64,000 nucleotides of DNA from an uncultured virus (IMG/VR IMGVR_UViG_3300042368_001196) (taxonomy: Duplodnaviria; Heunggongvirae; Uroviricota; Caudoviricetes): IMG/VR virus record IMGVR_UViG_3300042368_001196, one strand, 5' to 3'. This document shows positions 45,735 through 54,546 of this stretch, in pieces. Position 1 is the stretch's first letter. Each line of letters opens with the position of its first letter. The notes beneath the pieces are model-generated. The model saw only the letters and a program-made list of their open reading frames with translations, was not told the origin of the DNA and made no database searches. Made by a program: the position numbers and the translations under genes.

Positions 45735-47111
45735 TTACTTGGTATACTGTTTTGAAATGATCGCTTCGGCTCCGAGGGGGAGGTCTGAACACCACGAGGG
45801 CGGTGTGCACATGATTTTCTCGACGGCTTGGCGATGGGCTTCGGCGTCGGATTCGTCCACCAGCAAAACTACTTCGTCGTGGACTCTTAGCAAAATTTCA
45901 TAACCCGCGTCTTCCAGCGCCATGACGCGATCCATGAAGACATCGCGGGCAAATGCCTGAGTGGCGTTTTCAGCGAGTAATCCGCCATACAGTTTGACCT
46001 CCATCATTTTGCCGAGTCTCGGCAGGAGTCCGGTGATTTCGCCGTTGTGGCGCTTGATCTGGCGGTAGACGAGTTCGCGGCCGGAGGGCAGAGGGATGGT
46101 CAGTTCGCGGTCATTCGGGTCGGTGGAGACACGCAGCGCCCGGTCGAGCTTCTTCCAGAGCGCGATGATCTTCGGACTGGCTTCGCGATACGACTGCACA
46201 ATCGATGTCGCTTCCTGCAAAGTAATGTCGAGTCCGGCCAGCATCTTGGCGACCACGACGAACTTTGCGGGTCCGCAGCCATAGCCGAGACCCAGGACGC
46301 GGGCCTTGGCGAGAAAGCGCATCTTCGGATCCACTTCCTTGAGCGGTCGCGGATCGTTGTAGCCCATCGTCGCACGAGCGTGTGCCTCGTAGATGTCGAC
46401 GCCACTGGCGATCAGATCGAGAAGCTCGGTGTCCTTGGCGAGGTAGGGCAGGCAGCGTGCTTCGATTTGGGCAAGGTCGCAGATGACGAGCGTCTTGCCT
46501 TCCGGAGCTTCGATCAGCTTGCGGATGTCGACGCCGGCCACTTCACCCTTCGGGATGTTCTGGCAGTTCCAGCCGCCACCTCCGGAGTCGCGTCCGGTCG
46601 TCGCGCCGAAGAACTTCAACTCATACGGCATACGCCCATCGGGGCGGGTGCGAGCGATCATTGTGGTCACCGTGTTGAGGTGTTTATTCGCTTTGCGGTA
46701 ATCCCTGACCGCCCGCACCCAAGGAAATTTGTCGGAGAACTCTGCCTCCCATGCCGCGCCTTCCGGATCCTTCTCGGCAAAAGACTTCGGAGCCCGGATA
46801 CCTTCTTTCTCGCACTGGTCGCGGATCGCTTGCAGTGAGAGCGGGGGATACTCGCCACCGATCCACGGGAGGAGAGCCTCGGCACGGCGCTTCTCCAAGA
46901 TGAGTTTATCGCGGGCCTCGATGAGGCGGTCCATGTTGACCGGCACTCCGCGCATTCCCATCTGGCGGGTCATGGCGGAGATCCGCCATTCGGTGTCCGG
47001 CATCTTCTCGGCATATTGCTGCCAAAGCATGAAGGTCGCTTTGGTATCGAGCAGCGCGTAGCGGGCGACTTCCTTTTTGAAGTCATTGTCCATGTAGGGG
47101 TTCTTAGGCAT
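45735..47111 (-). CDS. Family A DNA polymerase, C-terminal part (ExoIII plus polymerase domain)
   Basis: YALLD, TTGR, NCQNIP, DLAQIEAR, KARVLGLGYG, VHDE. Confidence 0.92.
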   Translation of the reverse strand: MPKNPYMDNDFKKEVARYALLDTKATFMLWQQYAEKMPDTEWRISAMTRQMGMRGVPVNMDRLIEARDKLILEKRRAEALLPWIGGEYPPLSLQAIRDQCEKEGIRAPKSFAEKDPEGAAWEAEFSDKFPWVRAVRDYRKANKHLNTVTTMIARTRPDGRMPYELKFFGATTGRDSGGGGWNCQNIPKGEVAGVDIRKLIEAPEGKTLVICDLAQIEARCLPYLAKDTELLDLIASGVDIYEAHARATMGYNDPRPLKEVDPKMRFLAKARVLGLGYGCGPAKFVVVAKMLAGLDITLQEATSIVQSYREASPKIIALWKKLDRALRVSTDPNDRELTIPLPSGRELVYRQIKRHNGEITGLLPRLGKMMEVKLYGGLLAENATQAFARDVFMDRVMALEDAGYEILLRVHDEVVLLVDESDAEAHRQAVEKIMCTPPSWCSDLPLGAEAIISKQYTK

Positions 47112-47271
47112 CGGGTTTCTTCAATACAAAGGGTCTTGGTAGTAGGATTGGTTGCTGCTTCGATTTCCGGCTGGTGGTCTTGCGGCGGTAGCCGATCAGG
47201 GCCAGGTCGTCGCCCGACTTCGCGATGATCGGAAGCAGGCGACCTTGTTTGACGAGTTTCTCGATGTTCAT
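47104..47271 (-). CDS. Basic 55-aa ORF inside the split polymerase locus (not in the ORF track)
   Basis: MNIEKLVKQGRLLPII...; start overlaps the upstream stop and its stop overlaps the pol start. Confidence 0.6.
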   Translation of the reverse strand: MNIEKLVKQGRLLPIIAKSGDDLALIGYRRKTTSRKSKQQPILLPRPFVLKKPDA

Positions 47272-47672
47272 TTCGAGACCCCCTCTTTTTCGTTCACGAT
47301 CCGCTGATACTCATACCAAGCCTCGGTCGCTTGCCGGACGTGGTTGGTCGCATTCAACCAGCTTGCTTGGTTGCGAATTAGTGTGATGGTCACTTCGCGG
47401 ACAAACTCATCGCGAGGATTCGGCTCGGCTTGGGCGCTGAATGGAAACAGGATCACCAATCCGACGATCAAGCGTCTGACAAATGTCTGCCCGCCCAGCC
47501 ACATCGCGTTGAGGTGCTCGTGGGAGTAGTCTGCTTTCCAGAAGAAAGCCGAACGGCAGTGGGTTTTGCGGTCTTCCTCGAACGTGACATAGCCATCGTT
47601 CTCGTGGCCGAATTCTTCGGGTGTGCGCCATCCGGAGATGGCTTGGAATACTTTTAAGAGTCCTTGGTCCAT
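47268..47672 (-). CDS. 134-aa ORF inside the split polymerase locus
   Basis: AAAGGAA upstream; contains a hydrophobic stretch LIVGLVILFPFSAQA. Confidence 0.55.
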   Translation of the reverse strand: MDQGLLKVFQAISGWRTPEEFGHENDGYVTFEEDRKTHCRSAFFWKADYSHEHLNAMWLGGQTFVRRLIVGLVILFPFSAQAEPNPRDEFVREVTITLIRNQASWLNATNHVRQATEAWYEYQRIVNEKEGVSK

Positions 47673-48139
47673 TTCATTCCTTTCATGTTGTCTCGGGTCG
47701 ACTTACTCATCTCGATCCCGAGGAGGTGTTTGGCTGCTTCCTTGAGCGACCTGGGGTAACTTAAAAAACTGGCGAGGTCGGCCGTATCGAAGACGTAGCG
47801 CGGCTTAACCCCAGGCACCTTGCCGGCCTCGACGAGAGCCTCGAAGAGCGTCAGGTCGAACGCTGCGTTGTGCATAATCCAATCGCGCAGGTGACATTCG
47901 GACCAAGGCGCATCTGCTGGCTGGCCGACGTAACACGTCCCATCGTCGAAATACATCGCGACCATGTAGATGTCAGTTTCGCGGGCATACTTCCAAGCGC
48001 CCATCGTGGTGACCGAGATGTCCTTGTCGTAGTAGCTCTCGAAGTCGATCGCGACAGAGGGATGCCGGGGGAGGACTGGTTGGCGCTCCGCCCTCCCAGA
48101 CGGATTGTTTGATTCAGTGGTCTCCCCCGGCAAAGTCAT
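47654..48139 (-). CDS. Family A DNA polymerase, N-terminal 3'-5' exonuclease part (ExoI and ExoII)
   Basis: AIDFESYY, HNAAFD, DTADL, RSLKEAAKHLLG; GGAGG RBS. Confidence 0.85.
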   Translation of the reverse strand: MTLPGETTESNNPSGRAERQPVLPRHPSVAIDFESYYDKDISVTTMGAWKYARETDIYMVAMYFDDGTCYVGQPADAPWSECHLRDWIMHNAAFDLTLFEALVEAGKVPGVKPRYVFDTADLASFLSYPRSLKEAAKHLLGIEMSKSTRDNMKGMKWTKDS

Positions 48140-48327
48140 AGTTCGTAAACCTCCACGGGCATGTGCTCTTGCGCCCAAAGGATTTCGGTTAGTTGGTTAC
48201 CTGCGAAGACGCAGAGGTCTTCGACCAACTCCTCTTGGGCGGCGATCTCGTCGATCAGTTGTCCGAGCGTTGTGAAAGAGTCACGCGGTCCGAAATTGAT
48301 GCGACCGATGGTGTAGTCAGTATTCAT
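48136..48327 (-). CDS. Hypothetical protein
   Basis: MNTDYTIG...; overlap chain. Confidence 0.55.
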   Translation of the reverse strand: MNTDYTIGRINFGPRDSFTTLGQLIDEIAAQEELVEDLCVFAGNQLTEILWAQEHMPVEVYEL

Positions 48328-48574
48328 AGAATTGTTTGAGAATCGCCCGCTTGCGCAGGGCTTTGACCCGCACCTCTGTCCGCTCGCGCTTCTTCCGTTC
48401 GAGGAGCCGTTGTTTGAGATGGGGTCGTGAGGATCGGTGCCACTTTTTGCAGTATCGGCATTGGTAAACGGTGAAGTCCTCCGACCGTTCTGCTGATGCT
48501 GCTTCCTTGGACTCGAACGGCCGCTTGCGTAAACAGGCTTTGGCGTAGGCGAGATTCTCCAAAACGTGCGGCAT
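48317..48574 (-). CDS. Small Zn-finger protein
   Basis: C..KRPF...VYQCRYCKKWH. Confidence 0.65.
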   Translation of the reverse strand: MPHVLENLAYAKACLRKRPFESKEAASAERSEDFTVYQCRYCKKWHRSSRPHLKQRLLERKKRERTEVRVKALRKRAILKQFYEY

Positions 48575-48577
48575 AAC

Positions 48578-48763
48578 TCATTCCTCCTCCTCTTCCGCCT
48601 TGCGATCCGCTTCACGTTCTTCTTCGCAGTCACACTCTCCGTAGAAGCCTTCGCAATACTCGCAGTATTGCGTCATGGGATCATTGCGCTTGGTCCAGTA
48701 TTCGTGGGCCTCGGCCTCGAGCCAGTGCCCCTCGTCGCGGTCCTGATCGGGATCACTCGGCAT
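48578..48763 (-). CDS. Small acidic Cys-containing protein
   Basis: CEYC...CDC. Confidence 0.5.
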   Translation of the reverse strand: MPSDPDQDRDEGHWLEAEAHEYWTKRNDPMTQYCEYCEGFYGECDCEEEREADRKAEEEEE

Positions 48764-48878
48764 CGTCTTCTTCCCTCCCACGTTTGATGGCCCAAGCGAA
48801 GATCGCCCCGTAGGCAGAGAGACCGCCGAGCAAAAGCCCGAAGCCCATCCCGACGAGAAAGAATCCTTCGGGGTTCAT
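48753..48878 (-). CDS. Small membrane peptide (41 aa)
   Basis: MNPEGFFLVGMGFGLLLGGLSAYGAIFAWAI...; ATGA overlap. Confidence 0.5.
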   Translation of the reverse strand: MNPEGFFLVGMGFGLLLGGLSAYGAIFAWAIKRGREEDDAE

Positions 48879-49147
48879 TTCAACCTCCAGAAGCGAAGCC
48901 GATCCACGCCTTCACTGTCGGTGACGGCTCGGGTCGCGAACTTCATCTTGCCGCGCCGGCCGATGCTGTGAGCGATCGAGCGAAGCCCGTTGAAGTGTTC
49001 GTGTGTCGAGGCCGGATAGACGAATGAATCGCCGACCTTCAGCTTACCCAGCAAGTAGGACAGTGGGTGTTGATACCGCGACTGTTCGCCCGGTTTCTTG
49101 TCTGCGAGAGGAACGTCCTCGTCGATAACGACAGTGTAAGTCCTCAC
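48875..49147 (-). CDS. Putative small DNA-binding protein
   Basis: KLKVGDSFVYP...LRFWR pattern; GGAGGAG RBS and GTG start. Confidence 0.55.
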   Translation of the reverse strand: MRTYTVVIDEDVPLADKKPGEQSRYQHPLSYLLGKLKVGDSFVYPASTHEHFNGLRSIAHSIGRRGKMKFATRAVTDSEGVDRLRFWRLK

Positions 49148-49229
49148 TTCGCGTCTCCTCCCTTGGCGGCGAGCCATGCTCCGAATCCGAATAGACCGAC
49201 CCAGGAAACGAATAGTCCGACGATCGGGA

Positions 49230-49430
49230 TCATTTGCTCCCTCCGATAAATTCGCGTTGGCGCTCGGTGAGCAGGTTTTCTTTCCATTCGCTCAACTCCC
49301 ACTGGGCCAATTCATCCGACATCGCATGGCGCTTCTGCATCTCCAAGTAGGCGGTGCCGAACCCGACAACTACGGCTGCGGTGATGGCCATCGCCAAGGC
49401 GGAACAGAATCGACGAACGGTCATTTCCAC
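49230..49430 (-). CDS. Small membrane-anchored protein
   Basis: N-terminal hydrophobic helix. Confidence 0.5.
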   Translation of the reverse strand: MEMTVRRFCSALAMAITAAVVVGFGTAYLEMQKRHAMSDELAQWELSEWKENLLTERQREFIGGSK

Positions 49431-49783
49431 TCCTTCCGGTTACAAAGCACCCCGATGATTCCGTAGTTGGCGATGTCGAGCCATGTGTCCTCGACCTTCT
49501 CGTGCTCGGGATTTTTTTCTTTCCAGACGAGGTTTTTCAGACGCTCGACTTTGTCATTCATGCGAACGACGAGACCCTTCTCACCGAACGAGGAGATGTT
49601 GGCGCTGCCGTAGTCGCGCTGTTTGCTATCGAGGAGAACCGCAGCCTCACAGAAAGCCCGGAAGGCTTTGCGCCCCATCTCGGTCTTGATGCCGAGAGCC
49701 TCGGCGGTCTTTTCCATGTAACCCTGGGCATCCAGTTCGAATGCCTTGGGGTCGTAAGTTAGAACTTCAGTATTGGTATCCAT
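49421..49783 (-). CDS. DUF1599/nucleotide-modification-associated helical protein
   Basis: KQRDYG, VRMNDKVERLKNL, EDTWLDIANYGII. Confidence 0.8.
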   Translation of the reverse strand: MDTNTEVLTYDPKAFELDAQGYMEKTAEALGIKTEMGRKAFRAFCEAAVLLDSKQRDYGSANISSFGEKGLVVRMNDKVERLKNLVWKEKNPEHEKVEDTWLDIANYGIIGVLCNRKEWK

Positions 49784-49855
49784 AAAAGTGGTCCCCGGCG
49801 GGAGGAAGAACCCGTGGCCCATGAGCGGCCGAAAACCTCCCACCGGGGAAATGCA

Positions 49856-50056
49856 TTAGATGCGGTTGCTCTTCTGCCAGACTTCCACGCGGTCAGATGA
49901 ACCGCTGAAAGCGACAGTCTTGTTTGCCCGTTTGGCGTCGGCGATCAGCCGAGTAAACATGGCTTCTTCTGTCTGGTTATAGGGGCCGGCGAGTCGGCTA
50001 TAGCCGTTGTTCTCAAGCCCCTCCGGATCGCGGAAACGAAGATTATCGAAGCCCAT
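49856..50056 (-). CDS. Hypothetical protein
   Basis: TAATG overlap. Confidence 0.55.
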   Translation of the reverse strand: MGFDNLRFRDPEGLENNGYSRLAGPYNQTEEAMFTRLIADAKRANKTVAFSGSSDRVEVWQKSNRI

Positions 50057-50814
50057 TAGAGTAGCCCCTTAATCTCAGCTTGGAGTTCCGCGGGAACTTC
50101 ACCGGCCGTCTTCATCGACGGAATCCACCAGGTGCCTTTGTCTCCGGTCTTCAGCTTCGAGCCGAGGGAGTAGAAGCCACCGAAGAGGCCCGTCTTGTTC
50201 AGGTGACCGACTTTGAAGTCGCTGTAGAGGATCGCCGCGGTCTCCGCGTAGGCGGTCGACGAAGCGGTGTAGATGACCCGAGCGTAGCGTTTCTCGCCGA
50301 GGACGTAGAAGAACGTCGTGGCCGCTTCCTCGCTCAGTGTCTCGGGTTCTTGGATCAAGAACTCGATGTGACCGACCTTGGCGAACTTACCTTCGCCGCG
50401 ACCGTAAGCGACCTGACCTCCGGAGAGGCGAACTTCTTCCGCGGTCTGGAAGACGCGAGGACGAACGTCCGGATCGAAGGGGAGGGACTCCTGGTATTCA
50501 ACCTTGAGACGAACCGCGATGACTTTGAGCGGATTGCCCAAACCCTTGTTCTTCGGATCGATGTCGTTGATCTGGTGTTCCTTGTTGATGACATAGGTGC
50601 CCGGAGTGAACAGATTCGAGAGATCGCCGACTTTGTTCACGAGGTTCAGGCGCGGCAGCTTGATGTCGTCAGCGCCGAACTCTCCGTAGATTCCTTTTGC
50701 TTGGTCTTCGCCGATGATGGCGACCTGTGCTTCGGGGCGGACGGCAACGGCTTTGTTGCTGACTTCCTCGATGACTTGGGCCTCGACGGCCTCTTCAAAC
50801 GATACTTTTCCCAT
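50056..50814 (-). CDS. Putative ssDNA-binding/annealing protein
   Basis: DDIKLPRLNL motif; lies between the nuclease and polymerase; strong codon bias. Confidence 0.5.
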   Translation of the reverse strand: MGKVSFEEAVEAQVIEEVSNKAVAVRPEAQVAIIGEDQAKGIYGEFGADDIKLPRLNLVNKVGDLSNLFTPGTYVINKEHQINDIDPKNKGLGNPLKVIAVRLKVEYQESLPFDPDVRPRVFQTAEEVRLSGGQVAYGRGEGKFAKVGHIEFLIQEPETLSEEAATTFFYVLGEKRYARVIYTASSTAYAETAAILYSDFKVGHLNKTGLFGGFYSLGSKLKTGDKGTWWIPSMKTAGEVPAELQAEIKGLL

Positions 50815-50831
50815 AATTATTGATGGCGTTA

Positions 50832-53258
50832 TTACTTGGTCTTTTTTAGGTAGTGATAAGAGCCCTCGCTCTTGGCCGCATCGGCATCCACCAATGCGTC
50901 ACGAAGTTGTTCTTTGGATCGGGCCATCTCGCCGCGTTTCGCGGTCCGTGCGATGGCTTTTTCTAGTGCCCCGATTGAGACCTCGGCGCAGGCTGCGAAG
51001 GCTTCGGGACTGATTTTGTCTTTGACTGTTTCCCACGCGGCTTGTGCGTTGGTGATCTTGAAAGGTGACTTGCGCTCGGCGAGTTCGAACCCCGGAATCT
51101 CGATCCCTTCCTGCATCCGCATTTCCAAGGCGCGGGCATCGACCTTGTCGGCCCATGACCGCATGATCGGTGCCGCCTTCTTGGCGAACGCTATGACGTT
51201 CGGGTCAGAGATGTTGGCCGGATCGTATTGCGCCGGCAGGGTCAACTCGTCGGCCTTGTATTCCGACGCGATCGTCAGTGCGAGTGACGACAGTTTGGGG
51301 CAACTGGCTTGCTTTGCGCACCAAGCGCAGTGTGCCCCAGTAAGGTAGGTCAAGGGGTCATCGCGCCGCGCTGCGGCAATAATGGCCGCAACTTGTGAGG
51401 ACAAACGATCGTAGTCACTTTCCCGGTGCCACGTCTCGCGGTCGATGACCCCTTGGAAGGGGAGGAGCACATGAACAGTAAGTTGTTCAATTTGGGGATG
51501 GGCATCCCACAACCCGACGGCATAGGCCCAGAACTGCGGCGAATCCGCGGTGTATGCCCCGAAAGCAAATTTGTAGTCGACCAACTCGGCTTTGTCTCCG
51601 CCGTGCAGGATGATATGATCGATGTGCCCGAACTGATCGAGGACGTTGTAACGCTGCTCCCGAAGCTCCTGCGCGTTTACGAGGGGCTTGCGGAGAGCCG
51701 CCAGATACCGAAGGCACATCTCGGCGGCTTCGCGCAGCTTCGGATCATCCGGCGGAATCACATCGAGGTTCTCCTTTTCCACCGCAAGGTGGCCGAGCGT
51801 TCCGCGGTTGGCCGCGCTTTGGTCACGAGTCTGGTCGTTGCGGAATCCGGGGCACTTGGCTTTTTCTTTAAGCGAGGAGGGCGAGTGTTCGCTGTGCTCC
51901 GTGTTATGCTCTTGAGGCGTTATTACCGACATGGAAGATGAGACCGGGGTAACCACCCCATTGTTCAAATTATTTTTACCTGCATTCAAAATTCCTACAT
52001 TTTCCCTTTTTTCCTCAGTCAGCTTGAGGGCTCCCTGCTCCACGGTGCCTGGTGCGTAGAGCCTTAGAGCGAGTGCGCGAGACTTGGCCCCGACCCGTCG
52101 GATTCGTCCAAGAGCCTGCTCCTCCACGAGGCCGGAGAATTGCGGACAAATAAGTGCAACACGTGGGAACTCTCCGACCACGTCGTGTAGGTCGATGGAT
52201 TGTCCGCCCGCCGCGATCTGGACGATGACGCACCGGAGTTCGTTTTCTTGGAATCGGCGCTGCGTTTCCGCCCTGGCTTTAGGGCTTTCCCGTCCGTCGA
52301 TGACGCCCGCGGCTTCAAGGAGCTTCCGTGCTTGGTCGATACTTTCATGGAAATTCAGGAAGAGAACCACCGAGCCGCCTGATTCGACGATCTCCTGGGC
52401 ACGCTCCACCAGATACGCGACTTTGACCGTTTCAAGGGCTTGTCGCTGCCGGAGATTTTTAACACCGCCCGGATCCTCTGGATCAGCCATTTCGTCATAA
52501 AGAGCTTTTACGGTAGCGCGGTCTTTATCTGAGAGCCACAGGGGCTCGTCCGAGAGCATCAAGTCCGGCAACTGCTCGCGTAGCTCCTCCTCGGACACGC
52601 GGTATCCGCGGTTCGTGTATACCGAATGGTGGAGCCGCTCCATCTTCTCCTTGTTCTCCGGCCGGCGGGGATTCCACTCAAGACCGCCCCAGCGCCCTTC
52701 TTCGGCCCCCATCTCGCGGACCCACTTCCAAAAGTAGCCGGACGTGAACAGCCGGAGGTTGACCCCGATCGCCTTCATCTTGAGTGGGGACTCCGCGGCC
52801 GTGGCCGAAAGCATTAGGGCCGCATGGTTCCCTGCGGCGGCTTCGAGCATCTTCCCGTTCTGGGAGTTGTAGGCCCCGAACATGTGCGCCTCGTCGAAGA
52901 TGAGCAGACACCGCTCGGGTATGTTCCACTCGAATTTCACCTTTTTACCCCCGCTCGGGATCTTTTTAAGCCACGGAGTATTTCCCATCCGCAGCTTCTC
53001 GGGGTTGAGGACAAAGAGCGGTTTGACCCCGAATGCTGTGAGGGTATTACCCCATTTCGCCAAGACCGACTTCGGGGCGATGATACCAACCTTGAGCGCA
53101 TATCGAGCAGCGACAGCACTGGCGATGACGGTCTTTCCGCCACCGCACCCGGTCCCGTCGAGTGACGCCCCGACCGAGTCCAGAATCCGGAGGTGTTCGG
53201 CTACCGCCTTCTCTTGGTATGGGAAGAGTTTGAACGCTGTGGGCATGTGCTGAGTCAT
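50832..53258 (-). CDS. SF2 helicase fused to a Cas4-like/DUF2800 PD-(D/E)XK nuclease
   Basis: GGGKT, DEAH, SAT, QALGRIRR; then GHID, VDYKF, QFWAY, CAWC....CP. Confidence 0.85.
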   Translation of the reverse strand: MTQHMPTAFKLFPYQEKAVAEHLRILDSVGASLDGTGCGGGKTVIASAVAARYALKVGIIAPKSVLAKWGNTLTAFGVKPLFVLNPEKLRMGNTPWLKKIPSGGKKVKFEWNIPERCLLIFDEAHMFGAYNSQNGKMLEAAAGNHAALMLSATAAESPLKMKAIGVNLRLFTSGYFWKWVREMGAEEGRWGGLEWNPRRPENKEKMERLHHSVYTNRGYRVSEEELREQLPDLMLSDEPLWLSDKDRATVKALYDEMADPEDPGGVKNLRQRQALETVKVAYLVERAQEIVESGGSVVLFLNFHESIDQARKLLEAAGVIDGRESPKARAETQRRFQENELRCVIVQIAAGGQSIDLHDVVGEFPRVALICPQFSGLVEEQALGRIRRVGAKSRALALRLYAPGTVEQGALKLTEEKRENVGILNAGKNNLNNGVVTPVSSSMSVITPQEHNTEHSEHSPSSLKEKAKCPGFRNDQTRDQSAANRGTLGHLAVEKENLDVIPPDDPKLREAAEMCLRYLAALRKPLVNAQELREQRYNVLDQFGHIDHIILHGGDKAELVDYKFAFGAYTADSPQFWAYAVGLWDAHPQIEQLTVHVLLPFQGVIDRETWHRESDYDRLSSQVAAIIAAARRDDPLTYLTGAHCAWCAKQASCPKLSSLALTIASEYKADELTLPAQYDPANISDPNVIAFAKKAAPIMRSWADKVDARALEMRMQEGIEIPGFELAERKSPFKITNAQAAWETVKDKISPEAFAACAEVSIGALEKAIARTAKRGEMARSKEQLRDALVDADAAKSEGSYHYLKKTK

Positions 53259-53263
53259 ACCTT

Positions 53264-53518
53264 ATGATGAAAATTATTAACTCACTAATCGTAGCGGGTC
53301 TCCTTACGGGAACCGCATTAGCTGGCGACGGGAACTTTTACGTGATCGACCTGAATACTCCGAACGGGATCACGTATGTCCAGAAACAGGGCAATCGGTA
53401 TTACTACTCGTCTGATCGGTCAGGCGAGGTGATGGAACGAATCCGTGTGAATAGAGAACGGCGGGCTGAACGCCGGGAGGCACAGAATCAGGAATTGCTG
53501 GGGAGTCTGCTGGACTGA
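53264..53518 (+). CDS. Small secreted protein on the opposite strand
   Basis: Signal peptide MKIINSLIVAGLLTGTALA; lower GC than its surroundings. Confidence 0.55.
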   Translation: MMKIINSLIVAGLLTGTALAGDGNFYVIDLNTPNGITYVQKQGNRYYYSSDRSGEVMERIRVNRERRAERREAQNQELLGSLLD

Positions 53519-53843
53519 CCCAATCCGAGTCTTTCACTAGACGCAACCAATCAGCGGCGAGCATCGTGACCAACCACGGCTCGCCGTTTTTCTTGTGGGC
53601 GACTGTTGGCGTCCGGCCACTTTTTGCACTGTCGGCGATCGCTTGCTTCATCGCAGCGAGGACGTTCAGGTTTTGCACCCCCTTCACCTCGAAGTGGATC
53701 GTCGGTAATTCTGGGCAGACAACGTCGGCGTCCCCAGCGGCACCGCAATACTGCTGACCGCGGAAAGCCTTCAAGAACCCCGCCTCGCGGAGTTGATCGC
53801 GCCAGAGGCGCTCGACACGTTTGCCTTTTTGCCTGGAGTTCAC
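53370..53843 (-). CDS. Holliday junction resolvase-like PD-(D/E)XK nuclease
   Basis: NSRQKGKRVER, RGQQY, ADVV, HFEVK. Confidence 0.8.
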   Translation of the reverse strand: MNSRQKGKRVERLWRDQLREAGFLKAFRGQQYCGAAGDADVVCPELPTIHFEVKGVQNLNVLAAMKQAIADSAKSGRTPTVAHKKNGEPWLVTMLAADWLRLVKDSDWVSPADSPAIPDSVPPGVQPAVLYSHGFVPSPRLTDQTSSNTDCPVSGHT

Positions 53844-54130
53844 GGGATGCAAGAAGTCATCCGGCCCTGCGCCCACTTCACGAGTTCATCGTCCGAGTAG
53901 ACGATTTTCTTTTCGCCCAGGCGGATGCAGGGGAGTCCCTGTTTGCGCCAGTAGGTAAGGCAGTTTCGGCCCATCGGTTTCCCGAAGAGTTCGCTTAACC
54001 GGGCAACCGCTTCTCCCGCGCCGTAGACTTCTTTGCGTGGAGCCGCCGGTTCGGTGATTTCCAGTCGGACCCGACCCTCGGAAATCGGGATCGCCCGAAA
54101 CGAGGCGCACTCGATCGTCATGCTAGTCAT
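53840..54130 (-). CDS. Excisionase-like winged HTH protein
   Basis: LTYWRKQGLPCIRLG..IVY....LVKW; near the integrase. Confidence 0.7.
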   Translation of the reverse strand: MTSMTIECASFRAIPISEGRVRLEITEPAAPRKEVYGAGEAVARLSELFGKPMGRNCLTYWRKQGLPCIRLGEKKIVYSDDELVKWAQGRMTSCIP

Positions 54131-54143
54131 TATGTTGTTATTA

Positions 54144-54326
54144 CTACAACCCGAAGAATTTACGCAATGCAGTGCGAATGACCGCGCTCATTGAGCGCCC
54201 CGAGCTTTCGGACTCCTTTTTGAGGCGGTCTTCAAGCTCGGGGTCGCTGGCGAATGAGCGGATCAACTTCGGATTGCGGAGGTTATTGATCTTCTCCGTC
54301 AGGGAGGGTGTTTCTGAATTCGTCAC
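54144..54326 (-). CDS. Ribbon-helix-helix regulator (Arc/CopG-like)
   Basis: IRSFASDPELEDRLKKES...RSMSAVIRTAL. Confidence 0.7.
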   Translation of the reverse strand: MTNSETPSLTEKINNLRNPKLIRSFASDPELEDRLKKESESSGRSMSAVIRTALRKFFGL

Positions 54327-54333
54327 GGCTGTC

Positions 54334-54362
54334 ACGATACAGCCGCAATCCGTCTTCGACAA
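54334..54362 (-). promoter_or_regulatory. Sigma70-like promoter, probably leaderless
   Basis: TTGTCG-N17-TATCGT with the GTG start 7 nt downstream of the -10. Confidence 0.55.
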
Positions 54363-54508
54363 ATAGAGAGGCAAGTTTTTCCGGCGTTAAGGAGCAGTAG
54401 TGAGCCGCTTCGTCGAGTTCGGATTTTTGGTTACTGGTGAGGTTTATTGTCATCATTTATGGGCGTTTCTATTACTTCGGGTGTTGTTATGGTTATTACG
54501 GCGTAGTG

Positions 54509-54540
54509 AAAAAGAAGCCGCGGGGATTGAACCCCGCGGC
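54509..54540 (-). terminator. Intrinsic terminator
   Basis: GCCGCGGGG-TTCAAT-CCCCGCGGC followed by TTCTTTTT. Confidence 0.85.
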
Positions 54541-54546
54541 ACCGCG

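Noticed and set aside
47112..47653. Intein, group I intron or ribosomal bypass in the polymerase gap
   Set aside because: No intein terminal residues; the gap is fully occupied by coupled ORFs with no obvious intron core; no matched take-off codon next to the stop and the gap is very long. Not experimentally excluded
50832..51932. Cas4-like nuclease as part of a CRISPR system
   Set aside because: The context is a replication/recombination module, with no array or other cas genes
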